This document shows, piece after piece, positions 11,106 through 21,856 of a stretch of 64,000 nt of DNA. This DNA is from Nostoc sp. (GTDB lineage: Bacteria > Cyanobacteriota > Cyanobacteriia > Cyanobacteriales > Nostocaceae), in NCBI GenBank assembly GCA_036918135.1, contig JBALDB010000056.1, positions 288,001 to 352,000 of the forward strand, read 5' to 3'. A model generated the notes under the pieces. It made no database searches. It had not been told where the DNA came from and worked only from the letters and a program-made list of their open reading frames with translations. The position numbers were made by a program, and so were the translations under genes. Position 1 is the first letter of the stretch. Each line of letters begins with the position of its first letter.

Positions 11106-12014
11106 ATGTCACAAGACAATCCAAAACCGAACGAACAGCAGGTAACTCAACCTCCCCAAAAACCTTATCAGAGAGTTCAGCCAATTTGGAAGGCTAAAAT
11201 TATCCAACTTCTGAAAGGGACAATTGGGGTTTTAGAAGTAACAGTCCAAAAACTGGAAACAGCACCTCCACCCGGTGCTGAAGAAACCCCCAGTTTTTTG
11301 CAACAGCTTCAGCTGCGGTGGGGTGGACTATTAAGGACAGTCCGCTTATTTTTGCCATCAAATTTATCAACAAAGTTATCAGATACAGCTTTGACGGGAA
11401 TTATCACAGGAATTGCTGTAATTCTCGTTTGGACAACTACAACTATTTTTACTAATAAACCTACCCAAGTAGCAACAGTTCCTCCGGTTGAGGAAGTTCC
11501 CATACCAACACCAACGATAGCTACTCCACCGGAATCAGCCGTACCAGAACCACAGCCACCAGAAAAAATTACGCCGTCAGAAAAAATTACACCAGCGCCA
11601 GAAGCACAACAACCACCGGAGGAAATTACGCCGTCGCCAGAACCAGAACCGGAAGTAATTCCCACACCAACGCCAACGCCAACACCAACACCAATCAGAG
11701 AATTGACACCTGAACAAGCCTTAATTGTGGCTATTGAAAATCAGGTAGCTGAAATTAGCGATCGCATTACCTCTGGTTTGATAAACTCAATTCAAGCCAA
11801 CTTTCGCACGAGTAATCTCACTGTCAAAATTAGTGACGATTGGTACACTCTTCCAGAATCTCAGCAGGATAAACTCGCTGCCGATATTTTACAACGCTCT
11901 CAACAACTTGATTTTACTCATTTAGAAATTATTGACTCCCGAAATCATTTAATAGCGCGTAATCCAGTTGTTGGTACTGAAATGGTAATTTTTAAACGAC
12001 AAGCAACAAGTTGA
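11106..12014 (+). CDS. Hypothetical single-TM protein with Pro/Thr-rich linker
   Basis: One hydrophobic segment, PT/PE repeats, globular C-terminus. Confidence 0.7.
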   Translation: MSQDNPKPNEQQVTQPPQKPYQRVQPIWKAKIIQLLKGTIGVLEVTVQKLETAPPPGAEETPSFLQQLQLRWGGLLRTVRLFLPSNLSTKLSDTALTGIITGIAVILVWTTTTIFTNKPTQVATVPPVEEVPIPTPTIATPPESAVPEPQPPEKITPSEKITPAPEAQQPPEEITPSPEPEPEVIPTPTPTPTPTPIRELTPEQALIVAIENQVAEISDRITSGLINSIQANFRTSNLTVKISDDWYTLPESQQDKLAADILQRSQQLDFTHLEIIDSRNHLIARNPVVGTEMVIFKRQATS

Positions 12015-12387
12015 ACAACAACTTAGAAATTAGCGTCGCATATTTTGAGATCGGAATTTTTAGATTTCAATATCTAAATTTAATCCGTCGTTTGTGCAAT
12101 ACTTTCAAAGTCCAAAGTTATAAAAAAATAAAATAAATAATATATTTTTTGGCTGAAGTATAAAATTTGTGTTGATTGTAATTTTTGCATTCACTATAAA
12201 ATTGATGAGAAACTGTTGCATTATCTACTAAAGAGGTGTATTTTAGAGAATGGCTTTTGTAAAAAGCTTTAGTAAAAGATAATTCAGCAAATCAGAATAA
12301 AGTGCTCAATTGATATTTTCAATTCTGCAAAGTTTATCTTGTTAATTACTATCAACACTTAACTTATCAGTTTAACTTCAAGTATTT

Positions 12388-13218
12388 ATGTTAGACAACG
12401 TTTCGCTATTGCTCCAAGCTTGTGAAAACCTAAATATTAGCTATGAAATTATTCATCCATCTGAAAATTTAATCAAAGTAAAATTGAATGATAAGTACCA
12501 CTATTTTTGTAATTATAGCACTCCTTTAATTAATCAAGCAGTGGCAAAAATTGTCAGAGATAAGGAATATACCTATCATATTTTAAATAAAAAAATTAAA
12601 CTTCCTCGGACAATAGGTTTTCTTTCACCTTTTTGCGATCTCCAATATAAGATGTACTTAAAATTTCCAGCTATTGAAAATATTGTATTAGAAATTAAAG
12701 ATAAATTTGAAACACCAGTAATTGTAAAAAGGAATTCTGGTTCTAGTGGACACAACGTCTTTTTATGCAAAAATCAAGATGAAATTGAAAATGCTTTAAA
12801 ACAGATTTTTGATATCAATCATAAGTATGATTACATTGCTCTTGCTCAAGAATTAATTCATATCAAATCAGAATATAGAGCAGTTTATTTAAATAAAGAG
12901 TTAGTTCTACTCTATGAAAAAGATATAAGTAACGCAAATTTTACGGGTAACTTAAGTCCTCTCCACTGGGATGGTGCAAAGGCTAAATATATCAGCGATC
13001 CTCAAATTTTGTCAGAGATTGATAATTTTGCTAGACCCATTTTTGAAGAATTAGATCTTGATTATGGTGGTTTAGATATTGTATTAGATAAAAATAACCA
13101 ATATTGGTTAATTGAAATCAATTCTCATCCTAATTTTACCATTTTTACTAGAGACAATGGAAAAGAACATGCGTTGAAAGTTTTTGAAAAAATCCTAGTT
13201 AGTTTAGCCTCAAAATGA
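12388..13218 (+). CDS. ATP-grasp (RimK-like) ligase
   Basis: VIVKRNSGSSG, EYRAV, GGLDIV and LIEINSHP; AT-rich gene. Confidence 0.8.
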   Translation: MLDNVSLLLQACENLNISYEIIHPSENLIKVKLNDKYHYFCNYSTPLINQAVAKIVRDKEYTYHILNKKIKLPRTIGFLSPFCDLQYKMYLKFPAIENIVLEIKDKFETPVIVKRNSGSSGHNVFLCKNQDEIENALKQIFDINHKYDYIALAQELIHIKSEYRAVYLNKELVLLYEKDISNANFTGNLSPLHWDGAKAKYISDPQILSEIDNFARPIFEELDLDYGGLDIVLDKNNQYWLIEINSHPNFTIFTRDNGKEHALKVFEKILVSLASK

Positions 13219-13308
13219 TTTAGGGCATGGGGACATAGGTAGGTAGGGAGACAAGGAGACAAGAGGATAAAAAGAATAACTTTTAACTCTTTACTCAACA
13301 TCCAACAC

Positions 13309-15399
13309 TCAAGACTCACTACTAAGCGCTTTCATTGTTTGGGTTGGTATCCATACAGTAAAGATTGAGCCAATACTCACAGTTGATTCTATTTCAATTC
13401 GACCTCGATGCAGTTCTACAAGTTGTTTAGTTAAAGCCAATCCCAATCCAGTACCTTCGTAGCGGCGGCGATAGGGTGTATCGAGTTGCTGAAATTTCTC
13501 AAACAGTAATGGTAATTTTTCTTCGGGAATGCCAATGCCGGTGTCTTCGACTTGAAAAATGGCGGTATCGTCCTCTACCCAAAGACGCAAAGTAACGTTG
13601 CCACTTTCGGGGGTAAATTTAATCGCATTAGTTAACAGATTCCAGAGAATTTGTTCTACTCGTTCGGCATCTGCAATAAAGCGATCGCGTTCGGGATCGA
13701 TTTGCAAATCAAGTTTGAGATTTATTTGTTCGCTTGTTGCTTTTTTTTGTAGTGATTTAATAGCACTTTGGGCAACATTTATCAGAGAAAATTCTGAAAT
13801 ATTTAAAGCTGTCTTCCCAGCCTCGATTTGTGATAAATCGAGGATGTCATTGATCATGTCTAATAAATGTTCTCCACTATCATGGATTGTTTGCAGATAA
13901 TCTCGTTGTCGTTGACTCAATTCACCCAAAGGCCAGCGTAATAACGTCGAAGACATCCCAATCACATAAGTTAAAGGTGTAAGTAATTCATGACTAATAG
14001 TAGCGAGAAATTGACTTCTGAGGCGGCTAGCAGCTTCAGCAGCGAGGAGGGCATCGCGTAGCGCCCTTGTATGTTCGATAACTCGTTCTTGTAGCGTTTG
14101 TTTTTCTTGGGTGAGGGTTTGCATTAACTCAGCTTGGTGAATGGCGATCGCTAATTGTTCGGCGATGGAACTGAGCAAGTTTTTTTCGCTATCAGTCCAC
14201 TGACGTGGATTCTCGCACTGATGAGCAATTAGCAATCCCCAGAGTTTTTCCTCAAAAATAATCGGTGCAGCCAATTTTGCCCGGACTTGACATTCTCTTA
14301 AAAAATTTAATAAACACTCTTCTAAAACATAAGTTTTTTCGACATCATCCACTGCTAAAGTCAAGCCTTGACGATACTTTTCCCAACCTTGAGAGGTTGG
14401 AAAAAAGCAATTTTTTTCGCTGTAATTCAACACTGATATAATATTATCTTTAGCACGGGCTTCATAGATAACATAACCCCGATACTTTTGATACTCTTGT
14501 GAGATAGATTGACTATTGACTGACAGACAAAGCGAGGAGTTACTGTTATCAGGGGAAAAATCTGAGCCAAGGTCTTCTTGAATTGAGACTTCAGGTTTAA
14601 TACTACTAGCTAAAATTCCCTCTGTTGTAGCCAGCGCTGTGTCATTGAGAGCAATAGTATTAAATTGGTGTTGTTGAGTCTTGACTTTGGAACCCTCAAA
14701 TTTATAAATTACTAATCTGTCTAATTCCAAAAACTCACGCACTTGTGTAATTGCTGTTGCCATAATTACTGGCAAATCTAGGCTTTTGCGGATCTGCGTT
14801 GTTACCTGGTTTAACAGCTGTTCTTGGGAAATTTGTTTTTTTAGGGCATCTTGTACTGGTTGACAAATATAAACAGCCGGCCCCATTGAGCTTGGAGGTG
14901 ATATTATTTCTTTATTTGGCTGAGTAAGAAAATATTCTAACAACAATAGCGTGAATTTACTTTGGAGCGTAGCATCGTTAAGTCTAATTACTTGCTGATA
15001 GCGTTCCAGATTTTGATGAGTCTGAGAACTGCACTCAAACAAGTTTCTTAATTGCAAGACAAAAGAAGCGATCGCCTCTAAATTAAATGTCAATCTAGTA
15101 TTAATCTGTGAGTCTTTAGTGCCCAGTTGTGAGTTGTCAGTAAGTAGTTTTTCTTCCTCATCTCTTTCATCCCTTTCTAAATTACCTAGCAACAGCGCAC
15201 TAAACTGCTCAGAAACAACTACTGTAAACCTTTGCCTCTCCCACTCTACAGGTATAGAAATCGACGCCAAAATAGCATCTGTGAGTATCAGAGTGGCACT
15301 TCCTACCGTTTGAGCCATCTGCTCTAACAATTCCCGTAGCTGATTGAATACAACAATAGGCAAGGTTCGAGAAAAGCTCAAATCAGGAAAACTCAGCAT
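13309..15399 (-). CDS. cikA: GAF-domain histidine kinase, CikA-like
   Basis: GAF (LWGLLIAHQC), H-box ISHELLTPL, NAIKFT, DTGIGI, GTGLGL; adjacent to cobN as in Nostocales. Confidence 0.75.
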   Translation of the reverse strand: MLSFPDLSFSRTLPIVVFNQLRELLEQMAQTVGSATLILTDAILASISIPVEWERQRFTVVVSEQFSALLLGNLERDERDEEEKLLTDNSQLGTKDSQINTRLTFNLEAIASFVLQLRNLFECSSQTHQNLERYQQVIRLNDATLQSKFTLLLLEYFLTQPNKEIISPPSSMGPAVYICQPVQDALKKQISQEQLLNQVTTQIRKSLDLPVIMATAITQVREFLELDRLVIYKFEGSKVKTQQHQFNTIALNDTALATTEGILASSIKPEVSIQEDLGSDFSPDNSNSSLCLSVNSQSISQEYQKYRGYVIYEARAKDNIISVLNYSEKNCFFPTSQGWEKYRQGLTLAVDDVEKTYVLEECLLNFLRECQVRAKLAAPIIFEEKLWGLLIAHQCENPRQWTDSEKNLLSSIAEQLAIAIHQAELMQTLTQEKQTLQERVIEHTRALRDALLAAEAASRLRSQFLATISHELLTPLTYVIGMSSTLLRWPLGELSQRQRDYLQTIHDSGEHLLDMINDILDLSQIEAGKTALNISEFSLINVAQSAIKSLQKKATSEQINLKLDLQIDPERDRFIADAERVEQILWNLLTNAIKFTPESGNVTLRLWVEDDTAIFQVEDTGIGIPEEKLPLLFEKFQQLDTPYRRRYEGTGLGLALTKQLVELHRGRIEIESTVSIGSIFTVWIPTQTMKALSSES

Positions 15400-15574
15400 T
15401 TTTAATCATTCTGGTAAGAGAGGGCTGAATGCAGGAACGAAAGTTTATTTTTCTTAAGAAGAACTCACAGCTTAAATACGAGCCAGTGCGGGGACAAAAA
15501 GTCTTCGGAATTCTGAATTTTCACTCCTTTTTTATTGTCTACTAACTAACAGCTTAAGACTGTAATACAAGATT

Positions 15575-18500
15575 ATGCATCGTATAAGTGGCATATCGGG
15601 TGGATGGGATCGGTCAGAGGGTTTAATTTTTGTAGAACAAACTCCAGCGACCTTGGTGTTGATTACGGCTGCTGATACCGACATTCAAACCTTGGCAACT
15701 GCGATTCCAAAATTACCTGCACGCTTTCCTACATTCAGAGTCGCCAACCTGTTGCAATTGCAGCAACAACTAAGTATAGATACTTACGCAGAGCAAGTTT
15801 TAGAATTTGCCCAAGTAATAATTCTCCGCCTGTTAGGAGGACGTTCCTACTGGGCTTATGGCTTAGAAGTAGTGCAGGAAATTGTGCAACGTAAGGGTAC
15901 AACTCTTATTGTAATGCCGGGAGACGACAGTCTAGATCCCGACTTAATCTCCCAGTCTACTGTGCCTTTGAGCATTGTTAACCAAATATGGCAGTATTTT
16001 AGCGAAGGCGGAATAGAAAATTTCGTGAATGCTCTGCAATTTATCGCCGACGCTTGCCTTTCAACTGCATATAATCCTTCCCTACCCCGGCGGATTCCGC
16101 GTGTGGGATTGTATGAATGGGGAGCGGGGAGATGGGGCATGGGAAGAGGATGGGGAGCAGGGAACAGGGAGCAGAGGGGAGAAGATGCTCCCCTGCACGC
16201 CGCTCCCTGCCCCGATGCCTCTCCCTCATCTTTCCACACTCCCAATCCCCATTACCCCTTATCCCCAGAGGGGGCCCCACCTTCCCCAATCCCCAAAGTC
16301 GGCATCCTCTTCTACCGCGCCCATTATTTAGCGGGAAACACCAAGGTAATCGATGCTTTATGCCAAGCTTTGGTACAGAAAAATTTACAACCCGTGCCAG
16401 TTTTTGTTTCGTCATTGCGTGAACCAGATGTTCAACTTGAGTTAAGTGAATTTTTTCAACCCAAAGAAACTGAACCAATTGCACTGCTATTGAATACCAC
16501 CAGTTTTTCTTTAGCAAAGTTGGAGAGCGAAACACCCCAAACCGAACTGTGGCAAAAATTAGATGTGCCTGTATTGCAGGTTATTCTTAGTGGCGGGTCA
16601 GTTGAACAGTGGGAGTTACAGTTTAAAGGGCTTTCTCCCCGCGATATTGGGATGAATGTAGCCCTACCAGAAGTAGATGGGCGGATTATTACTCGTGCTG
16701 TGTCTTTTAAAGCAGTGCAAACTCGTAATTCCGATTTAGAAACAGATGTGGTAGTTTATGAACCAGTGAGCGATCGCATCGAGTTTGTTGCTCAACTAGC
16801 AGCAAATTGGGTGCGACTGCGTTCAAAACCACCCCAAGACCGGCGAATTGCCCTAATTCTGGCAAACTACCCCAACCGCAATGGACGCCTAGCTAATGGT
16901 GTGGGACTCGATACTCCAGCGAGTTGTGTAGAAATCCTCCAAGCTTTACATCAAGCAGGGTATCAAGTAGAAAATCCACCTGCTCAAGGAGATGAGTTGA
17001 TTCAACGGCTAACATCTGGCGTAACCAACGATCCGGAAAGTCGAGAATGGCGTCCGGTGCAGCAAAGTGTTTCTTGGAAAGAGTATCAAGAGTATTTCGC
17101 TTCTTTACCGCTAGCAGTGCAGCAGGGTATCAGTGAACGTTGGGGAGTGGGAGAGCAGGAGAGCAATCAAGAATTCTTCCCCTCTGCCCCTCTCCCCCTC
17201 TGCCCCTCTGCCTCTATCCCCGTTCCCGGAATTCAACTCGGCAATATCTTCGTGGGAATTCAGCCGTCAAGGGGTTATGATAATGACCCCAGTTTGAATT
17301 ATCATGCACCCGACTTAGAACCAACCCATGCTTATTTAGCCTTTTACTATTGGGTTAGAGAATATTTTGGTGCTGATGCTGTAGTTCATGTAGGCAAACA
17401 CGGAAATTTAGAATGGCTACCCGGTAAAAGTGTAGCTTTATCGAGCAATTGTTACCCAGAAGTCGCTTTCGGTGCCCTTCCTCACTTGTACCCGTTTATT
17501 GTCAATGACCCTGGTGAAGGTTCTCAAGCTAAACGTCGCGCTCAAGCAGTGATTATAGACCACCTCACGCCACCGATGACTCGTGCAGAACTCTACGGTT
17601 CTTTGCAACAGTTGGAAAATTTAATTGATGAGTATTATGAAGCGGAAAGTTTAGATCCTTCGCGTTTGCCAGCGATACGCGATCGCATTCGCGAACTAAC
17701 TCTTAAAGAAAATTTGCATCTAGATTTAGGAATTCAAAACGAAGAAATTTTGAATTCAGAATTTTTAATTTTGAATTCTTTAGATGGTTATCTTTGTGAA
17801 CTCAAAGAAGCTCAAATCCGCGATGGCTTGCATATTTTTGGACAATGTCCCCAAGGACAGCAATTAAGAGATTTAATAGTAGCGATCGCTCGCATACCCA
17901 ATCGCTATTCTTTAGGCATTACCCGTGCTATAGCCGAAGATTGGGGTTTAGACTTCGACCCCTTGACAGCAGACTTATCCATGACTAGCGGTCAATATTC
18001 AGTAGTTAATAGCACAGAATGTCGCACCATCGGTGATATTGTTGAAGTCCTAGAACAACACGCCGCCCTTTTAGTAGAACAACTTATAAGCCAGAATTCA
18101 GATTTTAGAACTCAGCACTCCCGACTCCCCACTCCCGACTCCCCACTCACCACTACCTTGGACTGGATACGCAATCGCCTGCTTCCGACTTTACGACAAA
18201 CCCACGAAGAGATTACCCATTTATTACACGGACTCGATGGCGGGTACGTAAAGAGCGCCCCATCTGGCGCGCCCACGCGCGGACGCCCGGAAGTTCTACC
18301 AACGGGGAGAAACTTTTACTCTGTGGATATTCGCGCCATTCCCACAGAAACAGCTTGGGATATCGGTAGAAAAGCTGCTGAAACTCTGATTGAATATTAC
18401 ACTCAAGAACATGGTGAGTATCCAAAAACACTAGGCTTATCATTGTGGGGAACTGCCACCATGCGAACTGGAGGGGATGATATTGCCGAGGCTTTGGCTT

Positions 18501-19594
18501 TACTGGGAGTAAGACCCGTGTGGGATGGTGCAGCACGGCGAGTCGTAGATTTTGAAATTTTACCCCTAGCGATTTTGGGGCGTCCTCGCGTAGATGTTAC
18601 CTTGCGAATTTCCGGATTCTTCCGCGATGCTTTTCCCAACTTAATTGATTTATTCGCTCAAGCAGTGACAGCGGTGGCAAACTTGGATGAACCGCCAGAA
18701 CAGAACCCTCTGGCCGTTGCAGTTCGCCAAGAGACTGATTTGTGGACTCAACAAGGTTTAACTTTAGAAGCAGCAAAAATGCGATCGCTTTATCGTATCT
18801 TTGGTTCTCGTCCAGGTGCTTACGGTGCCGGACTCCAAGGTTTAATAGAATCGCAAAATTGGACTGATGACCAAGATTTAGCCCGTGCCTACATCAACTG
18901 GAGTTCTTACGCCTACTCCTCGGCAGGGGGAGCAGGGGAGCAGGGAGCTCTTAGCAGGGGAGACGAAATTACTTCCCCCTGCCCCCTGCAAAGAGCCCCT
19001 CTGCCTCTTAACCCCACTCCCGAAATCTTCGAGCAACGCTTAGCCCAAATGCAAGTTGTACTCCACAATCAAGACAACCGCGAACACGACCTGCTCGATT
19101 CTGATGATTATTACCAATTTCAGGGTGGCTTAACAGTTGCGGTGCGTTCTCTACAAGGAAAAAATCCCCAAACCTATTTTGGGGATCATTCTATACCTGC
19201 CCAACCGCGAATCCGCCAACTAAGAGAAGAAATCGCACGCGTGTATCGTTCTCGCGTAATTAATCCTAAGTGGATTGCGGGAGTCATGCGTCATGGTTAT
19301 AAAGGTGCTTTTGAAATGGCGGCGACGGTAGATTATTTATTTGCCTATGATGCTACAACTAAATGTGTTGAAGATTATATGTATCAAGGCATCGTACAAG
19401 CTTATTTACTCGATCCAGCTGTCTTGGAATTCATTGAGGAAAAAAACCCTTATGCACTGCGTGATATTGCTGAAAGATTATTAGAAGCACACAAGCGCAA
19501 TTTATGGCAGGATGTAAATATAGGAACATTAGAAATTTTGAGAAACCTAGTACATCAAGCTGAAGCAGTTATCGAAGAAAAATCAATGGTGTAG
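15575..19594 (+). CDS. cobN: Cobaltochelatase subunit CobN with in-frame repeat insertions
   Basis: HVGKHGNLEWLPGK, PTGRNFYS, NQDNREHDLLDSDDYYQFQGG. Confidence 0.95.
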   Translation: MHRISGISGGWDRSEGLIFVEQTPATLVLITAADTDIQTLATAIPKLPARFPTFRVANLLQLQQQLSIDTYAEQVLEFAQVIILRLLGGRSYWAYGLEVVQEIVQRKGTTLIVMPGDDSLDPDLISQSTVPLSIVNQIWQYFSEGGIENFVNALQFIADACLSTAYNPSLPRRIPRVGLYEWGAGRWGMGRGWGAGNREQRGEDAPLHAAPCPDASPSSFHTPNPHYPLSPEGAPPSPIPKVGILFYRAHYLAGNTKVIDALCQALVQKNLQPVPVFVSSLREPDVQLELSEFFQPKETEPIALLLNTTSFSLAKLESETPQTELWQKLDVPVLQVILSGGSVEQWELQFKGLSPRDIGMNVALPEVDGRIITRAVSFKAVQTRNSDLETDVVVYEPVSDRIEFVAQLAANWVRLRSKPPQDRRIALILANYPNRNGRLANGVGLDTPASCVEILQALHQAGYQVENPPAQGDELIQRLTSGVTNDPESREWRPVQQSVSWKEYQEYFASLPLAVQQGISERWGVGEQESNQEFFPSAPLPLCPSASIPVPGIQLGNIFVGIQPSRGYDNDPSLNYHAPDLEPTHAYLAFYYWVREYFGADAVVHVGKHGNLEWLPGKSVALSSNCYPEVAFGALPHLYPFIVNDPGEGSQAKRRAQAVIIDHLTPPMTRAELYGSLQQLENLIDEYYEAESLDPSRLPAIRDRIRELTLKENLHLDLGIQNEEILNSEFLILNSLDGYLCELKEAQIRDGLHIFGQCPQGQQLRDLIVAIARIPNRYSLGITRAIAEDWGLDFDPLTADLSMTSGQYSVVNSTECRTIGDIVEVLEQHAALLVEQLISQNSDFRTQHSRLPTPDSPLTTTLDWIRNRLLPTLRQTHEEITHLLHGLDGGYVKSAPSGAPTRGRPEVLPTGRNFYSVDIRAIPTETAWDIGRKAAETLIEYYTQEHGEYPKTLGLSLWGTATMRTGGDDIAEALALLGVRPVWDGAARRVVDFEILPLAILGRPRVDVTLRISGFFRDAFPNLIDLFAQAVTAVANLDEPPEQNPLAVAVRQETDLWTQQGLTLEAAKMRSLYRIFGSRPGAYGAGLQGLIESQNWTDDQDLARAYINWSSYAYSSAGGAGEQGALSRGDEITSPCPLQRAPLPLNPTPEIFEQRLAQMQVVLHNQDNREHDLLDSDDYYQFQGGLTVAVRSLQGKNPQTYFGDHSIPAQPRIRQLREEIARVYRSRVINPKWIAGVMRHGYKGAFEMAATVDYLFAYDATTKCVEDYMYQGIVQAYLLDPAVLEFIEEKNPYALRDIAERLLEAHKRNLWQDVNIGTLEILRNLVHQAEAVIEEKSMV

Positions 19595-19603
19595 GAAAAA
19601 AAT

Positions 19604-20743
19604 ATGGAGAATCTTGCGTATTTACACCTAGCTCATGCCTACGAAGACGGCACACCCAGTGAATTGATTTCCCTCAGTTCTTTGTTAAACAATGCAACTG
19701 CACCAGACTGGAGACGGCTTTCTGGAAAGGCTTGGAAGTATATGCTGCCCCTTGTTTTGTCTTTGTCTATTCTCAGTGCTGTTGGCAGCGTCATGGCACT
19801 AGAAAAAGGCGATCGCGGACCTTCTGTCAGGAATTTACAACAAAAGTTAAAATCAGTAGGTTTTTATCAAGCTCCCATCACACAAGTATATGACACATCC
19901 ACAGAAGAATCTGTGCGCCGCTTCCAAAAGGCTGCTGGCATACAAGTGAACGGTGTTGTCGGAGCAACCACCCTAGAAAAATTACAAAACTGGCAAGCGA
20001 AAAAGCCGAGTATTGCAACTGCACAAGCTAAAAAAACGACTGCTACGACTACACAAGCTAAAAAAACCAGCACTACAACCGTAGCTAGTTCAGCAACCAA
20101 CCAACGCCACAATTCCAACTATTTGATGAAGGGAGATGAAGGGGAAGAGGTTAGGGCTTTGCAAGAACGCTTAAGAGTTGCAGGCTTCTATTACGGCAAC
20201 AGCACAGGAATATTTGGCCCAATTACTGAAGAAGCTGTTAGGCGCTTCCAAGATTCTTACAACTTAAGCGTTGATGGAATTGTTGGCCCGGCAACATCGC
20301 GTAAATTGCCACCTATTGGCGTCGGTGATGGAGAAGAGGCCCCTAAAAAGGTAGCAGACCGAGATAAACTCCACCTTGGCGATCGCGGCGAGCCAGTTAG
20401 AATTGTTCAAGAACAATTAATTCAGGCAGGATATTTAGAGGGAGAGCCAAATGGCTACTATGGCCCTTACACTGCGGATGCTGTCAAGAGATTTCAGTCA
20501 GCCAATTTCTTGAGTGCAAGTGGCGTTGCTGGCCCAACTACTAGAGCTAAATTATATAGCTCAATAAATACTACGCCTAAAAGCGACTTTAGTGTTCTGG
20601 AAATTCAAACGCGATTACGGGAGCGAGGTTTTTATAAAGGCAAGCTCAACGGTGTGATGGCAGATGACACTAAAAAAGCAATCAAACAAGCCCAAGAATT
20701 TTACGGCATTAGTCTCAAGGATCTTAAGAGCGGACGCTTTTAG
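19604..20743 (+). CDS. Peptidoglycan-binding (PG_binding_1 repeat) cell-wall protein
   Basis: Repeated GDxG..V..LQ..L...GF/Y...T..AV..FQ...DGIVG units. Confidence 0.85.
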   Translation: MENLAYLHLAHAYEDGTPSELISLSSLLNNATAPDWRRLSGKAWKYMLPLVLSLSILSAVGSVMALEKGDRGPSVRNLQQKLKSVGFYQAPITQVYDTSTEESVRRFQKAAGIQVNGVVGATTLEKLQNWQAKKPSIATAQAKKTTATTTQAKKTSTTTVASSATNQRHNSNYLMKGDEGEEVRALQERLRVAGFYYGNSTGIFGPITEEAVRRFQDSYNLSVDGIVGPATSRKLPPIGVGDGEEAPKKVADRDKLHLGDRGEPVRIVQEQLIQAGYLEGEPNGYYGPYTADAVKRFQSANFLSASGVAGPTTRAKLYSSINTTPKSDFSVLEIQTRLRERGFYKGKLNGVMADDTKKAIKQAQEFYGISLKDLKSGRF

Positions 20744-20875
20744 CATCCGCTTTGGTGTTGTTAGTATCAGTCCTCAACTGGTTGCTTGCCTCCAGTAACA
20801 GCAAATTACGAACTGCTCAAAATTTGACTAATTTGGTTAATTTGAGTAGTTTCGTTTTTTTTATCTACCCAAGTC

Positions 20876-21331
20876 CTAAAGTGGCATCAGCGCTCGTTGG
20901 CACTTGGGACACACTGCATGGATAGTCATTTGACAGTCAAGCAAGTGAAAACCTTCTTTTTGAGCGGTTTTCCCCCCAATTTTTAAAATTGAGTCATTTT
21001 TAAACTCAATAGTTGAGTTACACCTTACACAAATTAGGTGATGGTGGTGATGGGGATAGGGCTGGTTGAGTTCATAATGTTTATGTCCCTCACCCAATTC
21101 TAATTCCCGTAGAATTCCCATTCTCGCCATCAACTTTAGACTCCGATAAATTGTTGACAGACTGATTCCTTTACCATCAGTTTCTAACCGATGATAAAGA
21201 TCCTCCGCGCTTAAATGTTCGCCTTGCGGAAGTTCTTGAAAAATATGTAAAATTGTTTCGCGCTGGGGAGTTAAACGCCAGCCTCGCTCGTTCAGTTCTG
21301 CCTTGAGTGAAGTAGTTGTGTAGACAGTCAT
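20876..21331 (-). CDS. furA: Ferric uptake regulator FurA
   Basis: RLTPQRE, HLSAED, HHHHHLICVRC and CPKC; sits between sigC and a PG-binding gene. Confidence 0.92.
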   Translation of the reverse strand: MTVYTTTSLKAELNERGWRLTPQRETILHIFQELPQGEHLSAEDLYHRLETDGKGISLSTIYRSLKLMARMGILRELELGEGHKHYELNQPYPHHHHHLICVRCNSTIEFKNDSILKIGGKTAQKEGFHLLDCQMTIHAVCPKCQRALMPL

Positions 21332-21856
21332 GGCTAATATTTCTCAACTAACACGCTTTGTTGAGAATATAACAAATCTTTGGAGCAATTTGCAACAATC
21401 ATTACCTATTGAGAATATTTACTAAATGCTCGAAAAATATCGCTCGGAAGTCAGCTAACAGTCGATCCCCAGCTTCAACATATTCACAGCAGAGGTCTGG
21501 GGAGAACTCTACTATAGCTGGTGCAAATTATTTGCTATAAGGCTTGAAGAAGTTTTGTTGCAATTTGTAACTCAATACACCACAGTACGGTAGCACATCT
21601 GTGCTACCCTGCAATAATTTAATTTTCTTTTCTATGTCTATTTCATTCAATTGAAAACTACTGTCTATCTAAGGAGCGAATACAGTCCTTTGTCCCTAGT
21701 CATTTGCCAGGTAAGTTTTTAAATCATACGCAAAATCTGAACGGAGGAAACCTCCGCTCAGACGCCACTTAACTACCTTACGGGTTCTCCAAAGGAGTAC
21801 AAGCCACAAGACCCGTTCAAACATAGTGGCTAAACTTTCTAACAAATGACTATTGA

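Noticed and set aside
15856..16535. Several overlapping ORFs within cobN
   Set aside because: They are by-products of GC-rich repeat insertions lacking stop codons.
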